64,000 bases of DNA from Hyalangium versicolor (lineage in GTDB: Bacteria > Myxococcota > Myxococcia > Myxococcales > Myxococcaceae). The translations under genes were made by a program, and so were the position numbers. Shown here piece by piece: positions 1 through 9,307 of the stretch. Position 1 is the first letter of the stretch; each line of letters starts with the position of its first letter. The notes beneath the pieces were generated by a model. It saw only the letters and a list, made by a program, of their open reading frames with translations. It did no database searches and was not told the DNA's origin. The stretch is taken from contig NZ_JAHXBF010000014.1 of the NCBI RefSeq assembly GCF_020103695.1, positions 300,297 through 364,296 of the forward strand. Reading direction: 5' to 3'.

Positions 1-778
1 CCTTGAACACGCACTGGCCAGCACCATTGCACTGGGCGACCTCGCAGACGTTCCCCGAGTCGCACCACTCACCATAGGGCTTGGGATTGTTGATGCACTG
101 GCCGGCGGTGCAGGTCCCCGTGGACTGGTAGCACTGGCCAGGAGGAGCGCCGGCATTGCATGACGCGCCCTCGGCCTTCAGCGCGTAGTTGCACGTCGTC
201 CCGGAGCAGGTGCCATTCGGCTCATGACACGGAGTGGGGGGCGTATTGCAGGCGCCGCAGGAGAGAGGCACCCCGTTGATGTTGAGTTGGAACCTGCCAC
301 AGGCCCAACCACTGCCATCCACCGTGACGCTGACCTCCTGGTTGACGGCCAGGTTGACCGTCACCGCGGAGGCGAGGCCGCTGCCGGGTGCATTGTCATT
401 GCAGCCCAGCGTCGCGCTGGAGTTCCAGTCGGTGACCACCAGGACCGTGTCGTAGTTGGATCCATTGGTGGTGAACGTGAAGCTACCGTTGTACGGAGCG
501 ATCCAGTGGAAGCTGAAGTCCGAGGCGTTGCCGTAGCTATTGCAGCTGGGGGTGACTTCATTGCGCGCGCCACAGGTACTGCCCTGCCCCACCGCAGTTC
601 CCGTGCGGAGCCGGAGATCGATGTAAGAGGTATTCACGAGCGCGGACCTGCTGACAGCCATTGCAGGCTCCGCTATCGGCACCTCCGGACCGCCGGTGGT
701 GGGCTCACAAGCCCCCAACAGACAACCCGAGATCACGACAAAAACCGCTGCCACAAACGCTGACCCCGCTTGACGCAT
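1..778 (-). CDS. Lipoprotein, N-terminal part only (gene runs off the window start). Beta-rich domain followed by Cys-rich repeats.
   Basis: Reverse-strand translation from ATG at 776-778: MRQAGSAFVAAVFVVISGCLLGAC... (lipobox ISGC), then repeated C-x-G-x-C...C motifs. Not in the ORF track because no stop lies inside the window. Confidence 0.55.
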   Translation of the reverse strand, partial: MRQAGSAFVAAVFVVISGCLLGACEPTTGGPEVPIAEPAMAVSRSALVNTSYIDLRLRTGTAVGQGSTCGARNEVTPSCNSYGNASDFSFHWIAPYNGSFTFTTNGSNYDTVLVVTDWNSSATLGCNDNAPGSGLASAVTVNLAVNQEVSVTVDGSGWACGRFQLNINGVPLSCGACNTPPTPCHEPNGTCSGTTCNYALKAEGASCNAGAPPGQCYQSTGTCTAGQCINNPKPYGEWCDSGNVCEVAQCNGAGQCVFK

Positions 779-874
779 CACTCCTCCTGGGAAAGGGAAA
801 CTGTTTCCCAGTGTACAGACAGCGAGGAGTGCGTGCGGTGGCGCCGCGGCTCACTTTGCCCGGGCCAAACCGCG

Positions 875-1843
875 TCAGGCTGCCACGACGGCAGGCTCGC
901 GCTTGAGCAGGAGGCTCGCCGCGAACGTCGCGAGGCTGAACAGCAGCACCAGCGACAGGCTCGCCACGCCAATGGCATCCCAGTGGATGATGGGCAGACC
1001 GCGCAGGGCCTGGACTGCGACGGCCAGCGTCAGGCCGAGGTAGGCCACACCCGAGGCTCGGACCAGCGCCAGCCGACGTGACTCGGAGCGCTCTCGCCGA
1101 CGCGCCAGCAGCATGGCGATGACGGGCAGGACCTGCATGCCATGCAGCCCCAGGAAGTGCGCGGGCCGCATGTCACCCGCGGCGCTGCTCCAGCCCACGA
1201 GCGGCAGGCCCGGACCCCCATCCTTGCCTCCAATGGTGTGCGAGCCCGACTCCTTCGGCGCCTCGCCAGCCTTCATGCTCGCGATCTGCTCGGAATTGGG
1301 CGAGGTCATGAAGAAGCCCAGCCCCGCGCCCACCACTCCGACCAGCAGCCCCATGCGCAGGGCCGAGGCCAGGGAGAGATCCGTGAGCTTCGCTCGCAGC
1401 AACGCGACCGCCAGGACCACCATCGTCACCCACAGCACCGTGATGGTGATGCCCATGGTCGAGAAGATCGCCTGATCGAACGAGGTGGCGATGTTGAAGT
1501 GGCTGCGCACCCCACGCGCCGCCTGGAGCGTGATGGCCACCATCTCGATGACGCCACACGCCGACAGGACTGCCCCCACCGCACGCGAGAAGCGGCGCCG
1601 CTCGGAAAGAAAGCCGAGCAGATAGAGGATCGTGACGTCGTAGATGGCCAGCGAGACGTAGAACTTCGCCGGCTTCAACCAGACAGACTCGCCCAGCAAC
1701 TGGCGCGGATCGAGCACCATGCCCATCGCCGAGAGCACGCTGCCCAGGATCATCACCACGGTACCTACCGCCAGGGCTGGAGACAGGCTCCAGGCGCGGC
1801 GCCACAGACTGCTCAACGAAGGACGGGAAGAGATCGCGGACAT
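875..1843 (-). CDS. Polytopic membrane protein, hypothetical
   Basis: 322-aa ORF with about 8 hydrophobic helices; no recognisable catalytic motif. Confidence 0.5.
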   Translation of the reverse strand: MSAISSRPSLSSLWRRAWSLSPALAVGTVVMILGSVLSAMGMVLDPRQLLGESVWLKPAKFYVSLAIYDVTILYLLGFLSERRRFSRAVGAVLSACGVIEMVAITLQAARGVRSHFNIATSFDQAIFSTMGITITVLWVTMVVLAVALLRAKLTDLSLASALRMGLLVGVVGAGLGFFMTSPNSEQIASMKAGEAPKESGSHTIGGKDGGPGLPLVGWSSAAGDMRPAHFLGLHGMQVLPVIAMLLARRRERSESRRLALVRASGVAYLGLTLAVAVQALRGLPIIHWDAIGVASLSLVLLFSLATFAASLLLKREPAVVAA

Positions 1844-1876
1844 GGAAGGACTCCGAGTGGAGAGTGCGGGCGGGAA

Positions 1877-2329
1877 TCAGTGGGCGGGTTCGGGAAGCGG
1901 AGCCACTGCGGGACGGAAGCGGCGCGAGAACAGCCGGACGGCCGTGTAGGCCAGGTAGCCCACGGGCCCGAGCATGAAGGTCAGCAGCAGGCACGGCACG
2001 ACGAGCAGGTGCGGAATGCCTCGCCGCTGCGCATCGGCGAGCACCACCCGCCCCACCATGAAGTCGAAGGCCAGGTAGTGGATCCACCCGGCCAGCAGCA
2101 TTCCCGGGCGCTGCAGCGCGGCGCCGATATGGGCCAGCGTGTCGAACTCGCGCAGCAGGCCCGGCAGGTGGGGCGCCACCAGCGACAGGTACAGCACGCC
2201 GATGCCCAGCGGTAGCGCATCGCTCTCCAGCAGCCACCGCGTCACGCGGGACCGAGGTGCCAGCACCATCGCCAGCCAGCCCAGCATCACCGGCGTACTC
2301 ACGAACTTCAGGATCAGCTCTTCATTCAT
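1877..2329 (-). CDS. Small membrane protein, DUF4281/ABA4-like
   Basis: Start taken at internal MNEELILKF... of the 157-aa ORF; 4 TM helices with an ...HYLAFDF... motif. Confidence 0.45.
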   Translation of the reverse strand: MNEELILKFVSTPVMLGWLAMVLAPRSRVTRWLLESDALPLGIGVLYLSLVAPHLPGLLREFDTLAHIGAALQRPGMLLAGWIHYLAFDFMVGRVVLADAQRRGIPHLLVVPCLLLTFMLGPVGYLAYTAVRLFSRRFRPAVAPLPEPAH

Positions 2330-2561
2330 GGACCACCTCGGCAGGGACACGCGGCCACGTCGTGACCGCGACTCATGTTGACGATGTAAACACGATAAGT
2401 TGTCGGTGTCAACATAGCCGGACGAACGGAGAGGGTTCCCCTCGATCGCTGCCCTGCTCCGGGATCAGGCCTCCTGCGATGGCATGGGTGCGAAGCTCTG
2501 CTGACGACTGAGGAGCGACGCGGCATGTAGAATCAGAAGGTTCACCGAAGGAGAGGAACCA

Positions 2562-3008
2562 ATGCAGGTATTCCGAGTCATCGTCGGCGTACTCGTGTTG
2601 TGCCTCCACGGATGCAGTCACGCGAATGGCCACACCTCTTCTGGTGCCGGGCAGGAGGAAGGCATCCGGACCAAAGGTGGCACTGCAAGCGCCCGGATCT
2701 GGGCCCTTATCGCCCAGGGCCAGTTCGCCGAGGCCCAGGTGCTCATCTCCGAAGGCACTGCCGGGGGACTGGTCAGCAAGGAACTCGCGTCGCGGATGTT
2801 GCAGCGGATTTCCGTGCTCACCACGAAGCTGGGCGAGATCCCCGCCCGCCTTCAACGCGTGCGTGATTTCCCCTCTCAGCTCAAGGACTTCACCCTCTTC
2901 GAGATCAAGACCATGTTGGACAAGAGAGACTTCAGCACTGCGTCCCAGGCCCAATTGCAGATGGCCCGGAAGCTCATTGAGGAAGAAGCCCGTCTCATGG
3001 AGAAATGA
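2562..3008 (+). CDS. Lipoprotein, hypothetical
   Basis: N-terminus MQVFRVIVGVLVLCLHGCS has a signal peptide plus lipobox (LHGC). Confidence 0.55.
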   Translation: MQVFRVIVGVLVLCLHGCSHANGHTSSGAGQEEGIRTKGGTASARIWALIAQGQFAEAQVLISEGTAGGLVSKELASRMLQRISVLTTKLGEIPARLQRVRDFPSQLKDFTLFEIKTMLDKRDFSTASQAQLQMARKLIEEEARLMEK

Positions 3009-3015
3009 GCACCCC

Positions 3016-3564
3016 ATGGCCCACCTGAGTCCTCAAGAACTCCTCTCGAAGCTGCAAACAGCCCGCACGACTGCCGAGAGCCATCCAGGCGCAACCCGTC
3101 ATCTGACGATCCAGCGTGAGCTCGCGGAAGACTGCCCTGCCTTCACGCCCAACCTGCTCCAACTGGCCCGGATGCTTCGCCGCACCGATGAGCCGAACCA
3201 GGGTGTCGAAGAGATGCTCGCCGAAGTGCAGCACCTCCTGGAGCAGGCCGTTCATGCTTCTGGTCGGAGTGCCGACACGCTCATCGAGCTTGCCTACTTT
3301 CTGGACACCCATCGCAACGCTCCAGATGAAGCCCGCAAGCTTTTCGAAGAGGGAGCCGCCAAGGCTCTCTCGAGCCTCGAGGACGCCTGGGCCGGACTCA
3401 TCCGCCTGCTCGAAATGAACGAGCAACTCCCTCAAGCTCTGGAACTGAGCACGCGCGCAGAGAAGCTCTTTCCTGAATCCGGCCGCGTCATGGGAGCCGT
3501 CTCGGATGCGCGCCAAGCCGCCGTCACTGCTGGGCTCCTCACTCCTGATACCCAGGAGCCTTGA
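3016..3564 (+). CDS. Hypothetical all-alpha (TPR-like) protein, translationally coupled to the upstream lipoprotein
   Basis: ATG at 3016 begins 8 nt after the lipoprotein stop; MAHLSPQELLSKLQ... in the frame of ORF 2626..3564. Confidence 0.45.
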   Translation: MAHLSPQELLSKLQTARTTAESHPGATRHLTIQRELAEDCPAFTPNLLQLARMLRRTDEPNQGVEEMLAEVQHLLEQAVHASGRSADTLIELAYFLDTHRNAPDEARKLFEEGAAKALSSLEDAWAGLIRLLEMNEQLPQALELSTRAEKLFPESGRVMGAVSDARQAAVTAGLLTPDTQEP

Positions 3565-3645
3565 GGATCACTTCAAATGCGAACGCCCCGCCTGGATCCT
3601 CGGAGGACCCAGCGCGGGGCGTCGGTACAGCGACTCGGCGGAGGA

Positions 3646-4317
3646 CTACTTCTTGCCAGCCTTGTGCTGCTCGCGAAGCGCCAGCTTGATGGACGGCTTC
3701 ACGTAGACGATGGCCTCGTTGTGGCCGGGGACGGCGCCCTTGATGAGCAGCAGGCCCTTCTCCTCGTCCACGTCCACCACGGTCAGGTTCTGCGTGGTGA
3801 CCTGCTCCACGCCGTAGTGACCCGGCATCTTCTTGTTCGGGTAGGTGCGGCCCGGCGTCTTACGCTGACCGATGGCGCCCGGGTGACGCTGATACTCGTG
3901 CGTACCGTGCGTCTTCGTCTGCGAGCCCTTGAAGCTCCACCGGCGCATGACGCCCTGGAAGCCGCGGCCCTTGGTGGTGCCCGTCACGTCCACCAGTTGC
4001 CCCTTGGTGAACAGGCTGGCCTTCACCGCGTCGCCCACGTTGAACTGGGCGGCATCCTCCGGCGACACGCGGAACTCCTTCAGGTGCCGGCGCGCGGGGG
4101 CGTTGTTCTTCTTGAAGAAGCCCTTCTGCGCGTTGGTGAGAATCTTCTCGCGAATCTCACCGAAGCCCAGCGTCACCGCCGAATACTGATCCTTCTCCGG
4201 CGTCCGCTTGCCCACGACCTGGCAGCTGTTCACGTCGACCACGGTGACAGGGACGAGGTTGCCTTCCTCGTTGAACACCTGGGTCATTCCGATCTTCTTG
4301 CCAATCAGACCCTTCAC
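3646..4317 (-). CDS. rplC: 50S ribosomal protein L3
   Basis: VKGLIGKKIGMTQVF...VDVTGTTKGRGFQGVMRRW...GAIGQRKTPGRTYPNKKMPGHYG...LLLIKGAVPG aligns along its full length with L3. Start set at an internal GTG (V40 of the 262-aa ORF). Confidence 0.85.
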   Translation of the reverse strand: MKGLIGKKIGMTQVFNEEGNLVPVTVVDVNSCQVVGKRTPEKDQYSAVTLGFGEIREKILTNAQKGFFKKNNAPARRHLKEFRVSPEDAAQFNVGDAVKASLFTKGQLVDVTGTTKGRGFQGVMRRWSFKGSQTKTHGTHEYQRHPGAIGQRKTPGRTYPNKKMPGHYGVEQVTTQNLTVVDVDEEKGLLLIKGAVPGHNEAIVYVKPSIKLALREQHKAGKK

Positions 4318-4451
4318 GTCATCCTCACTGCGAGCGCCTGTGGCGCAGAAAACCCAATGAAATCCAATGCCTGGCCCATACCCGGGCATCAGGAAGCGGC
4401 GCAATCTAGCAAACACGGCCCTCCCGTCAAGCACCGAGAGTGGCGCCGGCC

Positions 4452-5225
4452 CTACTGGGCGCGATCGAGTCTCGGGTAGAACGGGGCGAGCTGCGCATCC
4501 GAAATGCGCTGCTGGTATACCTCTTCGCCGAGCAGGAACAACGCCTGATCCAGGTAGTCTTCCGCGGCCTGGATCTCCTCTTCCTTCTGGGCGATCGCCT
4601 GGTCGAGCTCGGCCATGCGCTCCTTGAAGGAGGCCTCACGCTCCTCGGCCTCGTCCTCCATCTCCAGCAGGCGCTTGTGCGCCAGGATGCCGGGCGCTCC
4701 GGGCTGGCCGGGCAGCGGCGTCAGCGCGTTGTTCAGATCGTCCTGGATGGCCTCGATGTCGCGCGCCTGCCGCATCATCTTCAGGCGGTTCTTCTTCAGG
4801 TTCTCGCGCGCGGTGGCGATCTCCATCGGATCCCGACGGGTCATCTCCATGTCGTGGATCTTCACTTCCTGCTTCTTCAGGCTGTCTTCGCCATAGCGGA
4901 GCTCGGCCTTCTTGGAGGAGAGCTGCTTGCGCATCTCCTTGACCTTGCCCTCGATGGCATCCACGGCCTTCTTGTACTTCTTCACCGTGACGTTGAGGCC
5001 CACGCGCTCCTGTTCCTGCTGGGCCTGGAAGTCCTGCCAGGACCCGTCCTCCTCGTTCATCTCCTGCTCGCATGCCGCCAGCTCGTCCCGGCGTGCCACC
5101 AGCGCCTCCTCGGCGCGGTAGACACGATCCATGGTGCGCGGGCAGTTGGGCTTGCCTGGCAACCGGTCCCGCGCCAGGTCTCCCAGCTGGAAGATGAGAT
5201 CGTTGTAGCTCTCTGCCTTCGCCAT
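4452..5225 (-). CDS. Coiled-coil protein, hypothetical
   Basis: 257 aa; long charged heptad-like stretch (EELAACEQEMNEEDG...KKQEVKIHDMEM...). Confidence 0.5.
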   Translation of the reverse strand: MAKAESYNDLIFQLGDLARDRLPGKPNCPRTMDRVYRAEEALVARRDELAACEQEMNEEDGSWQDFQAQQEQERVGLNVTVKKYKKAVDAIEGKVKEMRKQLSSKKAELRYGEDSLKKQEVKIHDMEMTRRDPMEIATARENLKKNRLKMMRQARDIEAIQDDLNNALTPLPGQPGAPGILAHKRLLEMEDEAEEREASFKERMAELDQAIAQKEEEIQAAEDYLDQALFLLGEEVYQQRISDAQLAPFYPRLDRAQ

Positions 5226-5280
5226 GGGCGCATTTCTACGCCCAAGGCCAGGAGCCTGTCAGCAGGGTCAGCGCGGACAA

Positions 5281-5751
5281 CTAGGAATCCGCGGGCGCCG
5301 CGGCGGCCGAGTCCTCGATCCCCAGCACGGGGAAGGCCCCTTCGGCCAGGGAGAGCAGCTCGCGGGAGCGATCCTGCTCCTCGGTGCGGTTGAGCTCGCA
5401 GACCCAGGCCGAGGACAGATCCGCGTGCTGGCGGGCCATCTCCGCCGTGGACTCGTAGCGGGCCGCGGCGGTACGGGCGAAAGCCCCTTCCCTGCGCAGC
5501 TCCAGCACCAGATCCGAGCCGACCTCCACATCCTCGGGCGGCACGGGCAGCGGCCCGCGCCCCAACGCGGCCAGGCGCGCCAGCAATCGAGAAGCATGGG
5601 CTCGGCAGAAGGCTGCCAACACCATCAGGCGTGCACGCGCCCGAGGATCTCCGACGCGCTCGGCCAGCGCCGTCATCCGCCGGGCCGAGACCACTTCGGC
5701 TTCCCATGCCGCCGCCAGTGCGGCCGCCAGGCGAGTATGCCTCGCTCCCAT
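5281..5751 (-). CDS. Hypothetical protein
   Basis: 156-aa ORF with coding-like composition, directly upstream of the coiled-coil gene. Confidence 0.35.
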   Translation of the reverse strand: MGARHTRLAAALAAAWEAEVVSARRMTALAERVGDPRARARLMVLAAFCRAHASRLLARLAALGRGPLPVPPEDVEVGSDLVLELRREGAFARTAAARYESTAEMARQHADLSSAWVCELNRTEEQDRSRELLSLAEGAFPVLGIEDSAAAAPADS

Positions 5752-5814
5752 CTGCGTCCCCCTTCTCCCTACCTTCGACCTTTCGCGGGAAGTTAGGGAT
5801 GGGATCGCGGGGAT

Positions 5815-6882
5815 TCAACCGAGGCGCTCGACCAACCACCACGCTCCAGCGCCAAGGATGACGGTGGAGAGCACTCGCACCGTCCACAGGTTGACCTTGG
5901 GACGGCGCTGGATCAACCGCACGAGGGGCAGCAGGGCCACGACGATGGCGGCCTGGCCCAGCTCCACTCCGAGGTTGAAGCCGAGCAGGCCGGAGGCCAC
6001 CTGTCCTCCCAGGCCGTAGGCGCTCAGCGCGCTGGCAAAGCCGAAGCCGTGCACCAATCCAAAGAGGAAGGTGATGACGGCCCGATGGCGATGCTCTCGA
6101 CGGACCAGGTTCTCGGCCGCCACATAGATGATGGAGAGGGCGATGGCGGCCTCCACCCAGCGCGCCCGCTGCGCGTCCAGGAGGATGAAGCCCAGCGCCG
6201 TGGCGCCCAGCGTGAGCGAATGGGCCACCGTGAAGGATGTCACCATCCAGAGGATCTGCCGGAGGCGCCCGCCCACCAGCAGCAGGGCGATCAGGAAGGC
6301 CAGGTGATCGATCCCCTCGAAGATGTGCTTCATCCCCAGCTGGATCCATCCGCCAAGCCCCGGCCCTACGGCCTGTGCGGGAGAAGTGCCGCGCTCGGGA
6401 ATGTCGAGGCTCGGATGGAGGCTGTCCGCGAAGAGCTGACCTCCCTCCCCTCCATAGGTACCGAGCACCACCCGATAGTTCGATGGAAGGATGGAGAGCA
6501 CCGTGTACGTCTGCCGCAGCGGTCCGGGCGGACATTGAAAGGTGGCGGCCAGCTCCACGAACCCCTCCCGCACCTGGGCCGTGTGCTCCTTGCGAGCGCA
6601 GGGAGCTCCGCCCGCGGTGAGCGGCAGCGCGTCCCAGAACCCGACCTCCAACGCGGGGCGGCGGGCCTCCAGATCCGCCTGGGACACGGAGCCATCCCTA
6701 TCCGCATCCGCGGGCAACAACAGGCTCAGCGTGCTCGCCGTCAGGGTCACCCGCGCGCGCACCTCGGGGCCCCCCGGCTGGGTGCGCTGCACCTGGGCAT
6801 AGAGGATGTCCGCGTCGTGCGCACGGGCCTCGCCCACGGCCAGCATCAGGACGAGCACAGCCGCGAGTCGAGCCATCCGCAT
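5815..6882 (-). CDS. HupE/UreJ-family membrane protein with N-terminal periplasmic extension
   Basis: Signal peptide MRMARLAAVLVLMLAVGEARA. C-terminal half HIFEGIDHLAFLIALLLVG...FTVAHSLTLG...FGLVHGFGFASAL is typical of HupE/UreJ. Confidence 0.6.
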   Translation of the reverse strand: MRMARLAAVLVLMLAVGEARAHDADILYAQVQRTQPGGPEVRARVTLTASTLSLLLPADADRDGSVSQADLEARRPALEVGFWDALPLTAGGAPCARKEHTAQVREGFVELAATFQCPPGPLRQTYTVLSILPSNYRVVLGTYGGEGGQLFADSLHPSLDIPERGTSPAQAVGPGLGGWIQLGMKHIFEGIDHLAFLIALLLVGGRLRQILWMVTSFTVAHSLTLGATALGFILLDAQRARWVEAAIALSIIYVAAENLVRREHRHRAVITFLFGLVHGFGFASALSAYGLGGQVASGLLGFNLGVELGQAAIVVALLPLVRLIQRRPKVNLWTVRVLSTVILGAGAWWLVERLG

Positions 6883-6918
6883 GCGGCGGACAGCCTGCTC
6901 CGAGCCCCCGGGCCCCGT

Positions 6919-7476
6919 CTACTCCTGGATGAACTCCAGGTGGATCTGCTGCCGGCCGCTCAAGCCCCCGTGGTGTGCTCCGCAACGCGGGCAGTAGAAC
7001 GGCCCATCCCAGTCCCAGAGCGCCTTCACCTCGTCACTGCAGCAGACCAGGTGGATGGGGCGCAGATCCTCGGGCTCGTCCGGCATGCCCTCGGGCAGCG
7101 CCTCCGGCGCCATCGCGACGAAGGTGGGCCGCGGGTTCTGCCCCAGCGTCCGCGACACGTGCGAGAGCTGCTCGTAGCGGACATGGTTGGCCAGGCCCCT
7201 CGCGAGCGACTCGAGGTACGCCACGTGATCGCGTACCAGGAACTCGTCCGCGTCGGCCTGATGGCCGCAGTAGAAGCACGTCCACGAAGGCACCGGCACA
7301 TAGCCCTCGTGCGGATTCTCGAACGGGAAGAGCGTCACCAGACGGCGGTGCAGCGCTCTCGAGTCGAACCGGCTGCGGCGCGTCTTGAAGATGCGGGAGC
7401 AGTGGGGACACTGCCGCCGGATGAAGCCGGCCGAGTCCTCAGGCAGCTCCACCTCGAGACACTGCGGCGAGCTCAT
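6919..7476 (-). CDS. Cys-rich zinc-ribbon protein, hypothetical
   Basis: Start at internal MSSPQCLEVEL...; three CxxC pairs (CPHC, CFYC, CPRC). Confidence 0.45.
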   Translation of the reverse strand: MSSPQCLEVELPEDSAGFIRRQCPHCSRIFKTRRSRFDSRALHRRLVTLFPFENPHEGYVPVPSWTCFYCGHQADADEFLVRDHVAYLESLARGLANHVRYEQLSHVSRTLGQNPRPTFVAMAPEALPEGMPDEPEDLRPIHLVCCSDEVKALWDWDGPFYCPRCGAHHGGLSGRQQIHLEFIQE

Positions 7477-7616
7477 GTCGACAACCGCCGCCCGCGCTGA
7501 ACCACCGCCAGCGTCAGGGTCACCAGCGCGAAGATCAGCAGCAGATGAACCCAGTACCCTTCCGTCGAGCCGCTGATCATTCCCAGCGACCACAGCACGA
7601 AGAGGATGATGCTCAT
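7473..7616 (-). CDS. 47-aa small membrane protein, lmo0937-family-like
   Basis: MSIILFVLWSLGMISGSTEGYWVHLLLIFALVTLTLAVVQRGRRLST lies at the C-terminal end of the 202-aa ORF 7473..8081. ATG at 7614-7616. Its stop overlaps the start of the zinc-ribbon gene (ATGA). Confidence 0.5.
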   Translation of the reverse strand: MSIILFVLWSLGMISGSTEGYWVHLLLIFALVTLTLAVVQRGRRLST

Positions 7617-7908
7617 TGTCCAGAACACGCCGCCCGCCTCCTGCCCCACACCGCCGTAGGATGCTGGCCAAGCTAGGGAGGCACGAATGCCACGGCAAGT
7701 CCCCGCGCCGGGACTTCCGGTCCTTTCGACAGCCTCGCCGTGGGTAAAGCTCTTCCACATCCGGGCATTTCTACCGCCTCGTCTCCACCGCTCCGTGCGC
7801 CGCACGGGTTCTGATCTCTCCTGGATCTTAATGACAGAGAAACGCGAGTCCCGTTGCTGGCACGCCGGGTGCTTGAGCTGGCGGCAGGTGTAACGGGGCG
7901 CGGGGTCG

Positions 7909-8664
7909 GTGCGCTGGGGGAGACTGGGTATGAAGCGGTGGGTGGTGGCGGTGGCGGCGACAGGGATGTTGACGGGGGCGGCGATCCCCGGCTTCTTCCA
8001 GCTTCCCGATGGGGCGGTGGTGGACACTCCGGAGCTCGCGGCGCTGCGCGCGCAGCTGGCCGAGCGCGAGGCGAGGCTCAAGGAAGTCGAGACACGCCTG
8101 CATGCGTACGAGGACGAGGCCCACTACCAGGAGGCGCAGCGCCTGGGCGTGGCGGATGCGGTGAAGGCCTCGGGCCTGCCCACCCGGCAGCAGCGGCGCG
8201 TGGCGGTGGCCATCGTCCGCGAGGCCCAGCGCAACAACATGGACCCGCTGCTGGTGATCGCGCTGATCCGCTGCGAGAGCTCGTTCAACAACTACGCGGT
8301 GTCCGGCGTGGGCGCCATGGGGCTCATGCAGGTGATGCCGGACACCGGCAACTACCTGGCCGACAAGGCCGGCTACCGGCTGGGCCGCTCCACCAACCTC
8401 TTCGACGCGGAGACCAACATCGAGCTGGGCACCGCGTACCTGGCCAACCTCATCGAGCGCTTCGGCTCGCTGGAGCACGCCCTCGTCGCCTACAACGCCG
8501 GCCCGGGAATGGCGAAGAAGATCCTCTCCAAGCGCGAAGTCCGTAAGAAGTTCATGTCCGGCTACCCCGCCAAGGTGGTCCGCGAGTTCCGCAAACTGAA
8601 GGAACAGCAGGAACGCGAGCTCACCTTGCGTGCTCAGCAGCAGACGGATGGCAGCCGGGGCTGA
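7909..8664 (+). CDS. Lytic transglycosylase (SLT domain), periplasmic
   Basis: Signal-like N-terminus and motif ALIRCESSFNNYAVSGVGAMGLMQVMPDTG...AYNAGPG. Confidence 0.7.
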   Translation: MRWGRLGMKRWVVAVAATGMLTGAAIPGFFQLPDGAVVDTPELAALRAQLAEREARLKEVETRLHAYEDEAHYQEAQRLGVADAVKASGLPTRQQRRVAVAIVREAQRNNMDPLLVIALIRCESSFNNYAVSGVGAMGLMQVMPDTGNYLADKAGYRLGRSTNLFDAETNIELGTAYLANLIERFGSLEHALVAYNAGPGMAKKILSKREVRKKFMSGYPAKVVREFRKLKEQQERELTLRAQQQTDGSRG

Positions 8665-8893
8665 CCGCTGCGCAACAACCCGTCCGATGGGTGCAGGACA
8701 CTCCACCCGATATTTTCCGGAGGGGGGCTGCAAATACTCCCGCTTTGCGCGAATTGTTCCCGCCGTTCAGGGCCACTCCCTGGAATTTCCAGGACTTTGG
8801 AGCACCCTGTTCGGCCCAGGAAATGCATTCAGGCACCGTGTCTGTCTGCTGACGACACGCTCACGATTCGGCAACAAGGGGAGAGAGGACATC

Positions 8894-9214
8894 ATGGCGG
8901 GGCTGCAGATCCACCAGGAAGAGCTTGCAGGGCGAATCACCCTTCGGCTCGAGGGCACGCTGGACTGGCGCACCGCGGCGCAGTTGCGTCGCTCGCTGGA
9001 GGAGCTGGGCTCTCAGGAGGTGATGCTGGACTTCACCCACCTGCGCGAGTTCAAGGACACGGCGGTGGTGGTGCTGACAAAGGACCTGCCGGCGCACCAC
9101 AAGGTGCAGTTCCGCGGGCTGGCCGGGCACCATGAGCGGATGTTCCGCTATTTCGGGGTGAGCACGGGCACGTCGCCGCGCGCCTACTACACTCCGGAAG
9201 AGATCCTCGCCTGA
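8894..9214 (+). CDS. STAS-domain protein (anti-sigma-factor-antagonist-like)
   Basis: MAGLQIHQEELAGRITLRLEGTLDWRTAAQLRRSLEEL...MLDFTHLREFKDTAVVVL; ATG at 8894 inside ORF 8630..9214. Confidence 0.6.
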   Translation: MAGLQIHQEELAGRITLRLEGTLDWRTAAQLRRSLEELGSQEVMLDFTHLREFKDTAVVVLTKDLPAHHKVQFRGLAGHHERMFRYFGVSTGTSPRAYYTPEEILA

Positions 9215-9307
9215 TGTTTGCCCGTCCGGGCAGCGAGCGGGCCTGAAGGCCCCGCTGCCCGGCAAGGCACCCCGCCGAGGGGACGCCTCAGGTAGACTGC
9301 GCGGCAG

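Noticed and set aside
1142-2237. Overlapping 357-aa (+) and 354-aa (-) ORFs
   Set aside because: Both translate to Arg/His/Gly/Pro-rich nonsense, and they overlap the membrane protein gene (875..1843) and the DUF4281-like gene. GC artefacts.
2626-3564. 312-aa ORF overlapping the lipoprotein gene
   Set aside because: The N-terminal two-thirds are in a different frame from the lipoprotein and are Pro/Ser/Arg-rich. Only the part from ATG 3016 (same frame) looks protein-like. Called as a separate 182-aa gene.
5057-7500. 492-aa (-) and 483-aa (+) ORFs across the hypothetical-protein and HupE/UreJ gene region
   Set aside because: Low-complexity R/G/A/P-rich translations, out of frame or antisense to the HupE/UreJ-family gene and its neighbours. 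No motifs.
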